Source: Eubacteriales bacterium
Lineage (GTDB): Bacteria > Bacillota > Clostridia > Christensenellales > Aristaeellaceae
Direction of reading: 5' to 3'
DNA: 64,000 nt
Assembly (NCBI GenBank): GCA_031556065.1
Contig: JAVBTR010000012.1
Span: forward strand, 31 to 64,030
Shown: one piece after another, positions 10,184 to 20,502 of the stretch
How the letters are laid out: every line of letters begins with the position of its first letter
Numbering within the stretch: the stretch's first letter is position 1
Made by a program: the position numbers and the translations under genes
The notes under the pieces: model-generated
What the model was told of the DNA's origin: nothing
Seen by the model: only the letters and a program-made list of their open reading frames with translations
Databases searched by the model: none

Positions 10184-10934
10184 CGCCCGAGGCCAATACG
10201 GTCAGCGTATCGGAAATTTTCTTGTACATTTCGTCTTCTGTTTTATCCCCCCGGTAAAGCTGATGGAACACTTCGCCATCCCGAAGGAATAGGACCCGTT
10301 TGGCGTGGCTGGCTGCGCCGATGGAGTGGGTCACCATCAAAATAGTTTGTCCGGCCTGGTTAATGGCGGAAAATAGGTTTAGCAACTCCTTGGCAGATTT
10401 GGAATCCAGTGCGCCGGTGGGTTCATCGGCTAGAACCAGCCGGGGCTTGGTGATCAGCGCCCGGGCTACGGCGGCCCGTTGCTTTTGCCCGCCGGAAACC
10501 TCATAGGGGTATTTGCCTAAAAGGTCTTGTATATTAAGCAGGGTGGCGATGGGCTTTAACCGGGCTTCCATTTCATGGTGTTCTTTGCCTTGGAGAACCA
10601 AGGGTAAGAAAATGTTATCGCGCAAAGAAAAGGTATCCAGCAAGTTAAAATCCTGAAAAACAAAACCCAGCTTATCCCGGCGGAAAGCAGAAATCTCCTT
10701 TTCGCTTAAATCGCTCATAGGTCGGCCATCCAGCTTCACTTGCCCGGCGGTGGGCTTGTCCAGTGCGGCCAGAAGGTTTAAAAGGGTGGTCTTACCAGAG
10801 CCGGATTCACCCATAATGGCCACATATTCCCCTTCCTCCGCAGAAAAAGAGGTGTTTCTAAGAGCGGTTACCTGATTCCCCCCTAAACGGGTGGTGTAAG
10901 TTTTTTTAAGGTTGATTACTTCTAATAGTGCCAT
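10167..10934 (-). CDS. BceA-like ABC transporter ATP-binding protein
   Basis: Walker A GESGSGKTT, signature SGGQKQR and Walker B LVLADEPT. Confidence 0.9.
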   Translation of the reverse strand: MALLEVINLKKTYTTRLGGNQVTALRNTSFSAEEGEYVAIMGESGSGKTTLLNLLAALDKPTAGQVKLDGRPMSDLSEKEISAFRRDKLGFVFQDFNLLDTFSLRDNIFLPLVLQGKEHHEMEARLKPIATLLNIQDLLGKYPYEVSGGQKQRAAVARALITKPRLVLADEPTGALDSKSAKELLNLFSAINQAGQTILMVTHSIGAASHAKRVLFLRDGEVFHQLYRGDKTEDEMYKKISDTLTVLASGGETHA

Positions 10935-11003
10935 GGTGCGCCTCCTTCTTTCTTTAACAAGGTTATTCTAACGCTTCTTTGGCAGGCGTGCCATGGATTT
11001 GGG

Positions 11004-11030
11004 TTACATTAACCTTACATCCTCGTAAGG
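11004..11030 (-). promoter_or_regulatory. Candidate BceR-type response-regulator binding site upstream of the ABC genes
   Basis: The minus strand reads CTTACGAGGATGTAAGGTTAATGTAAC. Within it, TTACG-N4-TGTAA resembles the TNACA-N4-TGTAA site that I recall being reported for BceR-like regulators. A TAGAAT -10 lies downstream. Confidence 0.4.
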
Positions 11031-11992
11031 TTTTCACGGTTTAAATTAAGAGTTACCTTGGTGCCCTTGCCGATTTCCGATTGGATACTAATCGGATTGC
11101 CCAGCCGTTCTGTGGCCTTTTTCACTAAGTACAGCCCGATTCCAGTTGATTTTTCATGGGAACGGCCATTGAACCCGGTGTAACCCTTGTCGAACACCCG
11201 GGGCAGGTCTTCCTTGGCGATACCGATACCCGTATCGGAAACACAAAGCGTAAGATGCTCACAGGTAATGGTGATCTGTCCCCCCTCCTTGGTGTACTTA
11301 ATGGCATTGGAAAGCAATTGTTCAATGATGAATTGCAACCACTTTCCATCACTTAAGGCGGATTCGGAGGTGGCCTCGTAGCTTAGGGAAATCTTTCGCA
11401 TAATAAACAGATTGGCGTATTTGCGAAGGGCTTTTTTAATGATGTCATCCACCTTCACCCAAGTAAAAACATAGTCGGTTTCAGGGGTGTTAAGCCGAAG
11501 ATAGGTCAGCGCCATTTCCACATACTGCTCTATTTTGAACAGCTCGTTTTTAATTGGGGTCTGGCCTTCGCTGAGCATCAGGCTCATGGCGGCAATGGGA
11601 GTCTTGATCTGGTGCATCCAAAGGGTGTAATAGTCCAGGCTGTCGGCAGCGTTTTCATTTAGATTGTTTTCCAGTTGGTTTATTTTTTTGTGCTGCTCCA
11701 TTATTATGTCCTGATATGTTTTAATTATCGAATCGACTTTTTGGGGAAATGCAAAATCATTGCCATCCAGCTGCTTTTTAAGCCTGTTAAGGCTGCTTAA
11801 ATGGGCGGCAAAAAAATAAAAATCTGCCAGAGCCAGCAAAAAAAGCAGCACCCCCATTAACAAAAAGCCATAGCCAAACCTGTGTAGGGGCAAATTTTCC
11901 AACAGGCAAACGCTCACGAAAACGGCGGCGCATAAAACAAGCGCCGCGCCAAGGGGCCACCTGGCTTTTAAGTAAAAAAGAATTGCTTTCAT
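11015..11992 (-). CDS. Intramembrane-sensing histidine kinase (BceS-like)
   Basis: Two N-terminal TM helices with a minimal loop, an H-box HQIKTPIAAM, an N-box NAIKYT and a G-box DTGIGI. It shares an ATGA overlap with the regulator gene. Confidence 0.85.
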   Translation of the reverse strand: MKAILFYLKARWPLGAALVLCAAVFVSVCLLENLPLHRFGYGFLLMGVLLFLLALADFYFFAAHLSSLNRLKKQLDGNDFAFPQKVDSIIKTYQDIIMEQHKKINQLENNLNENAADSLDYYTLWMHQIKTPIAAMSLMLSEGQTPIKNELFKIEQYVEMALTYLRLNTPETDYVFTWVKVDDIIKKALRKYANLFIMRKISLSYEATSESALSDGKWLQFIIEQLLSNAIKYTKEGGQITITCEHLTLCVSDTGIGIAKEDLPRVFDKGYTGFNGRSHEKSTGIGLYLVKKATERLGNPISIQSEIGKGTKVTLNLNRENLTRM

Positions 11993-12666
11993 TTTAAGTG
12001 ATACCCGATCCCTTTTTTGGTTTGAATGTAATCGTTAAGCCCGATGGCTTCAAGGGTCTTACGAAGCCTTGCAACGTTGACGGTTAAGGTGTTATCGTCC
12101 ACAAAGCAATCGGTTTCCCAAAGCTTTTGCATCATGCTTTCCCGGGAAACCACCCCGCCATCCGCCTCCATAAGGGTTTGCAAAATGCGCCATTCGTTCT
12201 TTGTAAGGGCAATCGATTGGTTTTCATAGGTAAAGGTTCCCTTTGAAACATCCAGTGCGCCGCCTTGGTGGGAGAGAAGCTGCCCGGTCCCTTGAAATTC
12301 ATAGGCCCGGCGCAAAAGAGCCTGAACCTTGGCGGTTAAAAGACTCATATCAAAGGGCTTGGAAATAAAATCATCCGCGCCCATTTCAATGGCCATCACC
12401 TGGTTCATGCTGTCGGATGCCGAGGAAAGAAATACAATGGGCACCTTGGATGCTTTGCGAATTTCCCGGCACCAGTGGTAGCCGTTAAAAAAGGGCAATG
12501 AAATATCCATAAGCACCAAATCCGGGGCAAAGGAGCTAAAAGTCTCTAAAACCTTTTGAAAATCCTCCGGGGTATGGCAAGCATAGCCCCAATTCGAAAG
12601 CTGGGTAGCAATAGCGCTTGCGATAGCCCTGTCATCCTCGATGATGAAGATTTTATACATTGGCAT
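11989..12666 (-). CDS. OmpR-family response regulator (BceR-like)
   Basis: A receiver domain (IIEDD...DLVLMDISLP) followed by a winged-helix C-terminus. Confidence 0.9.
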   Translation of the reverse strand: MPMYKIFIIEDDRAIASAIATQLSNWGYACHTPEDFQKVLETFSSFAPDLVLMDISLPFFNGYHWCREIRKASKVPIVFLSSASDSMNQVMAIEMGADDFISKPFDMSLLTAKVQALLRRAYEFQGTGQLLSHQGGALDVSKGTFTYENQSIALTKNEWRILQTLMEADGGVVSRESMMQKLWETDCFVDDNTLTVNVARLRKTLEAIGLNDYIQTKKGIGYHLK

Positions 12667-13216
12667 TTAAAATGTGGTTCACAGGGAATTCGGATTTGAG
12701 GATATCCATGAACACATCGTCGTAGTGCTTGCCGTTTAAGTAATAGCTTTGCCGCCTGCGGCCGATTTCTTTAAAGCCTACCTTTTCGTATACATGGATG
12801 GCCCTTTCATTAAAGGAGAATACCTTGAGCATGATGTTGTTTAAATTCAGGTAGAAAAAGCCGTAGCTTAAAAGCAGCTCCAAGGCCTGGGTGCCGTAGC
12901 CCTTTTCCCGGTTTTCGCTGTCTCCAATGAAAAGGCCCACTTCTGCGTTCATGGAGGGGGTATGAATTTGTTCGATACCGCAGTTGCCAAGGAGCTTATC
13001 ATCGCTTTTTCTAACGATGGCAAACTGATATGCCCCGGAAGAAAGCTGGCTGTTGAGCCAGTCGCTTTCGCCTTTAAGGGTGGTTATGCGGGTGGAGGCC
13101 CCGGTACCGTCGGTCACTTGAAAATCGTTTAGCCAGCGCACATAGGTAGGCCCGTCGTCCACGCTCATAGGGGAAAGATAAATGTCTTTACCAACCAACT
13201 TTTGATAATACTTCAT
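12653..13216 (-). CDS. GNAT family N-acetyltransferase (RimJ/RimL-like)
   Basis: The acetyl-CoA motif is REKGYGTQALELLLSYGF. The start MKYYQ follows AAGGAGG. Confidence 0.8.
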   Translation of the reverse strand: MKYYQKLVGKDIYLSPMSVDDGPTYVRWLNDFQVTDGTGASTRITTLKGESDWLNSQLSSGAYQFAIVRKSDDKLLGNCGIEQIHTPSMNAEVGLFIGDSENREKGYGTQALELLLSYGFFYLNLNNIMLKVFSFNERAIHVYEKVGFKEIGRRRQSYYLNGKHYDDVFMDILKSEFPVNHILNANV

Positions 13217-13337
13217 GGTCATGCCTCCTTTTAATGGTATCTTAGCATAAATTGCGGATTGGGTAAAGAAAATGCTTGTCTTTCCGATGGCATTGTGATA
13301 TGATAGCAAGGCTTGATTAGCTAGGAGGTTTTTTTAA

Positions 13338-13577
13338 ATGAGCGTTTTACTTGTTATCGTCAACATTGTGTTGGTTATCGCGTCCCTGATCATGACTGCC
13401 ACTGTGCTTTTACAGTCCAGCGATGAAAACGGTTTAAGTGCCATTACCGGCAATTCCGATAGGCAGTATTCCCGTAGCCAAGCCAAATCCATCGACACCA
13501 AGCTGGCCCTTATCACCAAGATTTGTGCCGTGGTGTTCGTTGTGCTGTGCTTTGTTTCCATGCTGCTTTCTAAGTAA
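13338..13577 (+). CDS. secG: Preprotein translocase subunit SecG
   Basis: A 79-aa, two-TM protein containing LLQSSDENGLSAITG. Confidence 0.8.
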   Translation: MSVLLVIVNIVLVIASLIMTATVLLQSSDENGLSAITGNSDRQYSRSQAKSIDTKLALITKICAVVFVVLCFVSMLLSK

Positions 13578-13593
13578 TTTTTTTGCAAAGTAA

Positions 13594-13621
13594 AGCCCCG
13601 CCGTGAGGCGGGGCTTTTTTT
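13594..13621 (+). terminator. Rho-independent terminator after secG
   Basis: Stem AGCCCCGCC, loop gtga, stem GGCGGGGCT, then a T run. Confidence 0.75.
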
Positions 13622-14204
13622 ATGCGATTAACAGGTTGCAGGCGCCTTCGATCAGAAGGTTCAGCGCTGTGGAGAAGCCTTCCCCGATCTCCCTTTCCAG
13701 CATGGGAGTCAAGATCAACAGCCGAAAAACGGTACAGGCATTGTGCAGGCTGGTGGTCAGCCCGATGCCTGAATGGTTTAGCAATTCCATGATATGCTGT
13801 TCATCGTCGTGGTAATGCTCGCCTAAAATGCTTTGCGGCAGTTTGCGAAGCAAAAGGGGTAAATCCTCCTGCATGAAGGTGCTTAACCCATGACGGGCGA
13901 ACACATGGTACATTTCTTGTATGGCTAGGGCAGCCTGTTCCTTGGAGGGCAGATGACTGCTTTCTTCAAGGATCTTTTTTGCACTGCCATACATCTGCTG
14001 GTGCATCCGTTCGAACATGGCAAGAAAAAGAAGCTCCTTGCTTTCGTAAAAAGAATAGAAGGCTCCCTTGCTGATGCCTGCGTCTTTGCAAAGGGCATCT
14101 ACCGAAGTGTGCTTCATGCCAATGGACGCGGCATATTTTAGCGCGGCGTCCATAAGGCTTTGGGCAATGACGGTTCTTTCCTTGGTGGTAAAAGCGGTAG
14201 CCAT
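13620..14204 (-). CDS. TetR/AcrR family transcriptional regulator
   Basis: The N-terminal HTH is GMKHTSVDALCKDAGISKGAFYSFYESKE. Confidence 0.85.
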   Translation of the reverse strand: MATAFTTKERTVIAQSLMDAALKYAASIGMKHTSVDALCKDAGISKGAFYSFYESKELLFLAMFERMHQQMYGSAKKILEESSHLPSKEQAALAIQEMYHVFARHGLSTFMQEDLPLLLRKLPQSILGEHYHDDEQHIMELLNHSGIGLTTSLHNACTVFRLLILTPMLEREIGEGFSTALNLLIEGACNLLIA

Positions 14205-14222
14205 GATTTGGCTCCTTTCATG

Positions 14223-15263
14223 TTACGGAAGTGTAATGGTGGCGTTCATGCCCAGCAGTGTCTGGAAGGGGGCAGAGTAAGTAATATCCACGTCATAATA
14301 AGCGGCGTTTTGTTTTGTGATACCGCTTAGGCTGACAGCGCTGACGGTGCCGGAAACCGTTTGGCCAGGGTAGGCATCGAAGGTGATGGCCACTGTGGTT
14401 CCAAGGCTAACGCGGCTCAGATCGATTTCATCCACCTGGGCAACCACTTTAAGGTTGCTGGTATCGTTTAGTGTTAAAAGCAGCTGGCCCTTGTATACCT
14501 GCTGGCCACTGATAACTTTAGGGCCAGACAGCACCCCTTCGGCAGTGGCGGTGATGGAAGTGGAAAGGGTGTCAGGGGCGCAATCGATACTTACTGCTTC
14601 ATAGAGAGTGTCACCCTTTTTGACAGCATCTCCCTGCTGTTTAAGGACATTTACAATGCGGCCTGCCCCTTGCACATAGGTTTCCGGGGCACGGCCAATG
14701 GTGCCGGTGCCTACGCAGGATTTGCTGGTGCGCTTGGAATCCCGGTAAAGCTTTACTTGCTTGCCTTGTTCGAATTCGCCGGTGGATAGTTCCAGGGTAT
14801 AGGCCTTTGAATCGGCGGCAATGACCCGGCATTCGCCGTTATCGTCCTTATCGCTGGTCAGCTCGTAGTAAAGGGTTTCGCCTAAGTGAACAAATTTATA
14901 TTCCGCATCGGCGGCGGCGCCCTGGTAAGTAGCGGCAATCTGGTAAGGAACCGCCTTTTCGATGACGCACAGGGAACCGTATTGGTTAAGCACATCCTGG
15001 GTGTTGTCGCCGGCTTCGGCGAAGGTGGCAACCAGAATGCCATCCTGGGGAGCGTAGATTTTCGTGGTGTCGTAGCCAAGGAGGGAATCACCCTTGTAAA
15101 CATAATCCCCGGCGGCCAAATCAAAGGGCAAAAGGGTGCCGGAATAGGGGGCTGTGATATCATAGGTGGTTTGAGCCTGAACGGTGCCGTTGGCGGTATC
15201 TGCCAGGGCGAAAGCGGGGATCAGAAGCACCAGGGCTAACAGGATGGAGCAACACTTTTTCAT
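14223..15263 (-). CDS. Efflux periplasmic-adaptor (HlyD/MacA-like) protein
   Basis: It has a signal peptide and biotinyl-lipoyl-like and beta-barrel motifs. It is positioned after the FtsX permease gene. Confidence 0.7.
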   Translation of the reverse strand: MKKCCSILLALVLLIPAFALADTANGTVQAQTTYDITAPYSGTLLPFDLAAGDYVYKGDSLLGYDTTKIYAPQDGILVATFAEAGDNTQDVLNQYGSLCVIEKAVPYQIAATYQGAAADAEYKFVHLGETLYYELTSDKDDNGECRVIAADSKAYTLELSTGEFEQGKQVKLYRDSKRTSKSCVGTGTIGRAPETYVQGAGRIVNVLKQQGDAVKKGDTLYEAVSIDCAPDTLSTSITATAEGVLSGPKVISGQQVYKGQLLLTLNDTSNLKVVAQVDEIDLSRVSLGTTVAITFDAYPGQTVSGTVSAVSLSGITKQNAAYYDVDITYSAPFQTLLGMNATITLP

Positions 15264-15278
15264 AAGATTCAATCCTTT

Positions 15279-17585
15279 CTATTCTACACTTTTGAGGGCT
15301 TCAACCATGTCGATGTTCTTTACTTTGCTGGTCAGAAGCCTTGTGATGAAGTAAGCGAACGCCAGGGTAACCACGCAGGCAATGATGTAAGAGGGCAACT
15401 CCACCGTGGAGGCAAAAACCATGTTATCCCCTTCGCAGGTTTTAAGCACTGCGGCAGTTAAGAGCCGGCCGGGGATCACACCCAAGGCGGTGCCGATAAA
15501 GGCGGTGAGCATGTTTTCATGAACGATCAGCTTGCGGATTTCTTTTTGATGGTACCCCAGCACCTTTAGCGTGGCGTATTCCCGGCTGCGCTCTACGAAG
15601 TTCAAAATGCCCATGTTATAAAGCACCACGAAGGCCAGACCCAGGGCCGCTCCGGACATGAGGGTGAACACCCCCATCATACTTTGCAAAATGGTCAGCA
15701 TTTGGGTGTACTGGATGGCGGGGTATTTTAGGCCGGTTACTTCATCCATGTTATCCAGCGCGGCCAACCCAGCCTCTGTGGGGTTTAGGATCAATAGCGC
15801 CGTAGGGGTGAACTGGCCCTTTCTTTGGGCGGCGTAAACGCTTTGCTGCATGTACATGCCCTGGCCGATGTTCACATCGCAGATCATGGTTACGGGCAGG
15901 GCCATGGGAGCATCATCCCCGGCCAGGTAGATGGATACCGTATCCCCAACACCGAGGTTCAGCGCCTCAGCAAGCTTTTGCGTAATGGCTACGCCGTTTT
16001 CGGGAAGGGCCACAAAGGCCTGATCCTTGCCCAAGTGCAGTAAACTCATATCATCGGGGGTGATTGTCAGGGTAGTGGAACGGGCTTCGCCGTCAAACCG
16101 GGCGCTGACGGCTTTTTCCATCACCGGTTCCACCTTTTCGCCCTCCACCCGGTTAAGATAGCTTTCGGCTTTGCCCGCGTCGGAGCCTAAATCCGCCCGG
16201 AGGGTGTAAGCCAAGGTGCCTTGGTAGTAATTGCCTACAAAGTAGCGTACGCTGTCCTGTAGGCCTAACGAAGTGATGATCAGCATGGTGCAGCAGAATA
16301 GCCCGACCAGGGACATGATGGTTCGCAGCTTGTTGCGGAAGAGGTTTCTTACCACCATCTTGCCGTTAAAGTTAATCCCTTGCCAGAGCCTTGGGAACCG
16401 CTCCAGGAACAGCTTTCGCCCTGCCTTGGGCGGCTTTGGCCGAAGGAGGGCCGCTGTGACTTCATGGGCGGATTTGCGGTAGGCGTAAAGGCAGATCATT
16501 AGGCTTAACGCCACCATGGCCAGGCAAACCAGAATTTGCAATGTGGAAATAGGCGCCTGAATGCAGTAGGGCATGATGTGGCTGTCCGCTTCCATGTTGA
16601 ACAGGATGTAAGGCAGCGTAGCACGGCCTGTAAACAGCCCCAGCGCCGCGCCGATGGCCGAAGGGTACAGCGCGTAGCAAAGATAATGGCGGGTGATGGC
16701 GGCATCGTGATACCCAAGGGCCTTTAAGGTACCCATTTGCATGCGCTGGTTGTCGATCATACGGGTCAGGGTGGTTAAAACGATTAAAGCTGCTACCCCG
16801 AAAGCCAGCAGTGGGAACAGGTAGGAAAGGTTTTTGAACATGTCGATGTTCATTTGAGTGGAAGAGGTACTGGAATGGCTTTTGTGGTTAATGATCAGCG
16901 CCTCCGGATACATTTGCTGGATAATTTCTTCCGGGTTGGCTCCCTCTGTGAAGGCGATAACAGCCTGATTATAAGGCAATTGGGGGAAAGCGTCGTGGGA
17001 AGCCAGAATGAAGCCGTAATTGAAGGGATCGGGCCGCACATCGTTGGAGGTAACCACGTATTCAGGGCTTAACACCGTGCCCCGGACGATCAGCGTTGCT
17101 TTTGAGCCGTTTAACTTTAAGGTGATTTTGTCCCCAATGGCAATGCCGTTGGCTTTGGCAAATTGGTCTTCCATCAGACAGCCCCGGCTGTCGCCTTGAG
17201 AAAGAAGTGCCCCCTCCTGCAACAGCGGCAGGTTGATTTTCGGCAGCCCGTCGTACAGCACAACAGCCGCTTCCGGTTCGTGGGGCAAATCCACGTCCAT
17301 GGTGGCAACGGTTCGGGCTTGAACTGTCTCCACCCCTTCCACATGAACTAATTTGGTTAAAACCTCGTTATCCACCTGGCTTATATTCACCCAGACATCC
17401 GCCAGGTTTTGCTCGGTAAAATACTTAGTGGCCGTGGCGTCGAACATCCGCCAGGCGGCGTCCAGTCCGGCGAAGCACCAAGTACCCAGCGCACAAAGGA
17501 GAATCATGGCCACAAACTGCATTTTATTGCGCCACATATCCCGAAAAAGTTTGTTGTGCAGGATGTTTTTATTCTTTTTTACCAT
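15279..17585 (-). CDS. ABC transporter permease with two FtsX domains (MacB-like)
   Basis: A 768-aa protein with two 4-TM FtsX repeats, each preceded by a large extracytoplasmic domain. Confidence 0.85.
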   Translation of the reverse strand: MVKKNKNILHNKLFRDMWRNKMQFVAMILLCALGTWCFAGLDAAWRMFDATATKYFTEQNLADVWVNISQVDNEVLTKLVHVEGVETVQARTVATMDVDLPHEPEAAVVLYDGLPKINLPLLQEGALLSQGDSRGCLMEDQFAKANGIAIGDKITLKLNGSKATLIVRGTVLSPEYVVTSNDVRPDPFNYGFILASHDAFPQLPYNQAVIAFTEGANPEEIIQQMYPEALIINHKSHSSTSSTQMNIDMFKNLSYLFPLLAFGVAALIVLTTLTRMIDNQRMQMGTLKALGYHDAAITRHYLCYALYPSAIGAALGLFTGRATLPYILFNMEADSHIMPYCIQAPISTLQILVCLAMVALSLMICLYAYRKSAHEVTAALLRPKPPKAGRKLFLERFPRLWQGINFNGKMVVRNLFRNKLRTIMSLVGLFCCTMLIITSLGLQDSVRYFVGNYYQGTLAYTLRADLGSDAGKAESYLNRVEGEKVEPVMEKAVSARFDGEARSTTLTITPDDMSLLHLGKDQAFVALPENGVAITQKLAEALNLGVGDTVSIYLAGDDAPMALPVTMICDVNIGQGMYMQQSVYAAQRKGQFTPTALLILNPTEAGLAALDNMDEVTGLKYPAIQYTQMLTILQSMMGVFTLMSGAALGLAFVVLYNMGILNFVERSREYATLKVLGYHQKEIRKLIVHENMLTAFIGTALGVIPGRLLTAAVLKTCEGDNMVFASTVELPSYIIACVVTLAFAYFITRLLTSKVKNIDMVEALKSVE

Positions 17586-18280
17586 GCGATCGCCTCCGCT
17601 GGTAAGGGCGAATCGTTCATTTCCACGCTTTCGATCTGCCCGGAACGCACCCGGATGACCCGGTGGGCCATGGGCGCGATGGACGCGTTATGGGTAATAA
17701 TGGCCACGGTGGTGCCGTAGCGCTTGGATACATCCGCAAGCACCTGTAATACCTGCATGCCGGTTTTGCTGTCCAGGGCGCCGGTAGGTTCGTCGCATAA
17801 AAGCAGCGCCGGGTTTTTGCATAAGGCCCTGGCGATGGATACCCGCTGCTGTTCTCCGCCGGATAGCTGGGCAGGGAAGTTATGCATCCTTTCGCCCAGG
17901 CCTACCTGATTCATTACTTCCACCGGGTCCAGGCTGTGCTCGCAAACCTGCCGGGCAAGCTCCACGTTTTCCAGGGCGGTTAAGTTAGGCATCAGGTTAT
18001 AAAACTGAAAAACAAAGCCCACATCCAGCCGGCGGTATTCTGTTAGATCATACCCCTTTAGGCTGGTAATTTCTTTGCCCCCTACGGTGATAACGCCGCT
18101 GGATACCTTGTCCATGCCCCCCAACAGGTTCAATACCGTGGTTTTCCCCGCGCCGCTGGGCCCCAGGACCACGCATAGCTCGCCTTTTTCAATTTCGAAA
18201 TTGACTTTGTTGGCCGCCAGCACCCTTTCCCCGGCGGTGCGGTATTCCTTGGTTACATCTTCAAAGGTAATATAGCTCAT
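17579..18280 (-). CDS. ABC transporter ATP-binding protein (MacB/LolD-like)
   Basis: Walker [10 protein letters not shown], signature SGGEQQR and Walker B LLLCDEPT. The alternative TTG start at 18286 is also possible. Confidence 0.9.
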   Translation of the reverse strand: MSYITFEDVTKEYRTAGERVLAANKVNFEIEKGELCVVLGPSGAGKTTVLNLLGGMDKVSSGVITVGGKEITSLKGYDLTEYRRLDVGFVFQFYNLMPNLTALENVELARQVCEHSLDPVEVMNQVGLGERMHNFPAQLSGGEQQRVSIARALCKNPALLLCDEPTGALDSKTGMQVLQVLADVSKRYGTTVAIITHNASIAPMAHRVIRVRSGQIESVEMNDSPLPAEAIAW

Positions 18281-18309
18281 AAACAATCAAATCCTTTCCA
18301 AACAAAAAC

Positions 18310-18341
18310 GCTATGACTGTTTTTGCTTAAACAGTCATAGC
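18310..18341. promoter_or_regulatory. 13-bp perfect inverted repeat, probable TetR operator of the efflux operon
   Basis: GCTATGACTGTTT-ttgctt-AAACAGTCATAGC lies between a minus-strand TTGACA (18362-18367) and the ATPase start codon. Confidence 0.5.
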
Positions 18342-18406
18342 TTACTGCCATATTATGTTTATGTCAATCCCCTGTGTTTGAAAACCGCTATTTTGGGTTT
18401 CAAAGT

Positions 18407-19579
18407 TTATTTAGGGAAGAAAAGCAGGGGATCGATATTTACATCCTTGGTGGGAATGGAAACCGTGCTGTAAAGGTGGGCGGACTTATATTCTACAGTG
18501 CAGGTTACCGATTGGCAATCCGGCTGCAAGTAAGTGGTGCCTTCTCCATGAATATACACCTTCGCGCCTTTGGGGGCGGTTATTTCATCGTTAATTTTAA
18601 AGGCCGTTTTAAGGGTGCCGGTAGCTTTTGCGGCGATTGAAACATCTGTTACATCTTTTTTGTTCACATAGCAGTAGGCAGAAGGGGAGGTGTTTTCAAG
18701 CCGAATATGATACCGGTCCCCGCGTATGCCAATAACCGAAAACACACAATCGTTTTCAAGGGCTCCTGCCTCTTTTTTGCTGTTATAGCTATCATAAAAA
18801 GGAATGCCGCTTTTCTTAGGCTTGGAAAGGGGCGGCAGCAAAGCTTGAATGCCTCCTGTGGAGAAATTCAAGCTGTCTGATAGGATAAAGCCTGCCGCGT
18901 CATCCACCCGCACTTTGGTGAACTTATCGTTATTGGGATTGTTATCGTAAAGAATATAAAAGGTAGTGCCGCAGAAGTATTGCCCAACGGACTTGGCACT
19001 GGTGGAGGGCGAGGAGCGAAGGCTGATTTTTTTCTCTGCATCCCCTGTATCCCCATAGCAGGTGGCCAGGTTATCGGTTTGGGTAATATGCCAGGCGGAG
19101 GCGTAGCCATAGACGTATTGGCCATCTTCTTTATAGCTGATATGCAGCCAGTTATCGTCTACTGTGGCAAGGACGTTAACATAGCCCTTGGGCATTTCTC
19201 CAATTACATTGGATTTTTCGCTGGCCTTTTCATACAACGGCAGGCTGTTACTATCCCCGGTAAACCGCACCATTCCTAAAAGGCCTTCTGAAGCATAGTC
19301 GATTTCGCCTTCGCTGATGGTCTTTAGGAATTGAGTCATCATGTAGCCTTCTTTGCCGCCAATACGTACCTTTGAAAACTGCCCACTGGTAGACAAGATT
19401 TCCACATAGACCCCTTCAAAATACTGGGCCAGCACCTTGCCATTGCTATTGGGCTTTTCCCTTAGTTTCACCCGGTCCATATCGCCGCCCAGGTCATGGG
19501 TTACGGCCCATTCACTAGCCAATGCGGTGCTACATAAAATAAAGCTCAAGCATAATACCAGAAAAAATAGCTTTTTCAT
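18407..19579 (-). CDS. Secreted protein with repeated SH3b-like domains
   Basis: A signal peptide MKKLFFLVLCLSFILCSTALA is followed by repeated (V/L)R..P......(V/L)...G modules. Confidence 0.6.
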   Translation of the reverse strand: MKKLFFLVLCLSFILCSTALASEWAVTHDLGGDMDRVKLREKPNSNGKVLAQYFEGVYVEILSTSGQFSKVRIGGKEGYMMTQFLKTISEGEIDYASEGLLGMVRFTGDSNSLPLYEKASEKSNVIGEMPKGYVNVLATVDDNWLHISYKEDGQYVYGYASAWHITQTDNLATCYGDTGDAEKKISLRSSPSTSAKSVGQYFCGTTFYILYDNNPNNDKFTKVRVDDAAGFILSDSLNFSTGGIQALLPPLSKPKKSGIPFYDSYNSKKEAGALENDCVFSVIGIRGDRYHIRLENTSPSAYCYVNKKDVTDVSIAAKATGTLKTAFKINDEITAPKGAKVYIHGEGTTYLQPDCQSVTCTVEYKSAHLYSTVSIPTKDVNIDPLLFFPK

Positions 19580-19669
19580 TCTCATCAGCTCCTATCTATT
19601 GCGTTTGATAGATTAACGAGCGCAAGAGGACATTTGTTCGAATAAAATTTTAAAAAGGCCAGACAAGTT

Positions 19670-20072
19670 CCCAATGTGTTGAACGCGCTAAAGATAGCCG
19701 ATACCCTTGGCGTTTCGTTGTATTATCTGTTCGATATTGGCACCAAGAAGGAGCCTCCCAGACTGATTAGTGAATCTATCGCCATGCTGCCCATGGTGTT
19801 CATTTCCCCCTTCGCCGGGGTCTGGGCAGACCGCCGTTGACGCACTGATCCCCCAGATCGTGCCGGAAGAACATTTAACCCGCTTTAACGGCATCCAGAG
19901 CACAGCTCAATCCCTTACCATGTTTGCCGCACCCATGGCCGCCGGGGCACTTTTAACCTTTGTGCCCAATTTCTTTGTGTATTTGGCCATTATGGTTTTC
20001 TGCGGCTGCACCATGCCCTTATATAACAGCTTTATTCTGTTCGGCCGCAAAGAATTGGTGAAGATCGGGTAA
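19670..20072 (+). pseudogene. Mosaic gene remnant: XRE-HTH C-terminal fragment joined to frameshifted, truncated MFS transporter pieces
   Basis: One frame reads PNVLNALKIADTLGVSLYYLFDIG...LPMVFISPFAGVWADRR and ends at a stop at 19838. A second frame then reads DALIPQIVPEEHLTRFNGIQS...AAPMAAGALL. Neither an N-terminus nor a C-terminal half of an MFS transporter is present. Confidence 0.55.
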
Positions 20073-20076
20073 GGGA

Positions 20077-20502
20077 CTATTTCGCAATGAGGATCAGCCC
20101 CACCACACAGATGCCGATACCAATGATTTGCTTTAAGGTAAGGGTTTCTTTATAAAACAAAAACCCAACAATAATAAGCACGCAGGCCAGCGCGATACTG
20201 GCCACAAGGCTTGCCAGGCTGATTTTCCATCCCGCCCGGTAAATGCAGATAAAGCCAAATTCTAGCCCCACAACGGCTATGCCTAAAGCATAGGTCGTCC
20301 AGTTTGCTTTGGACAATTCTAAGAAGATGTCTTTTTGTGAGCTGGTAAGAAAGAACATGCCAATGGAGCAAACGGCGGCAATGGTGTAGGTTACCGCTAA
20401 AGAGGCGAACGAGTTTATGCTTTCCGGGGTTGATTTTGCACTGATATTGTAGATGGTATTAGAGGCAACGACGATCAATACAGGCCATAGCATGTTAAAC
20501 AT
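20077..20502 (-). CDS. Small EamA/DMT-type membrane transporter
   Basis: About 140 aa with 4-5 TM helices and an EamA-like sequence. Confidence 0.65.
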   Translation of the reverse strand: MFNMLWPVLIVVASNTIYNISAKSTPESINSFASLAVTYTIAAVCSIGMFFLTSSQKDIFLELSKANWTTYALGIAVVGLEFGFICIYRAGWKISLASLVASIALACVLIIVGFLFYKETLTLKQIIGIGICVVGLILIAK

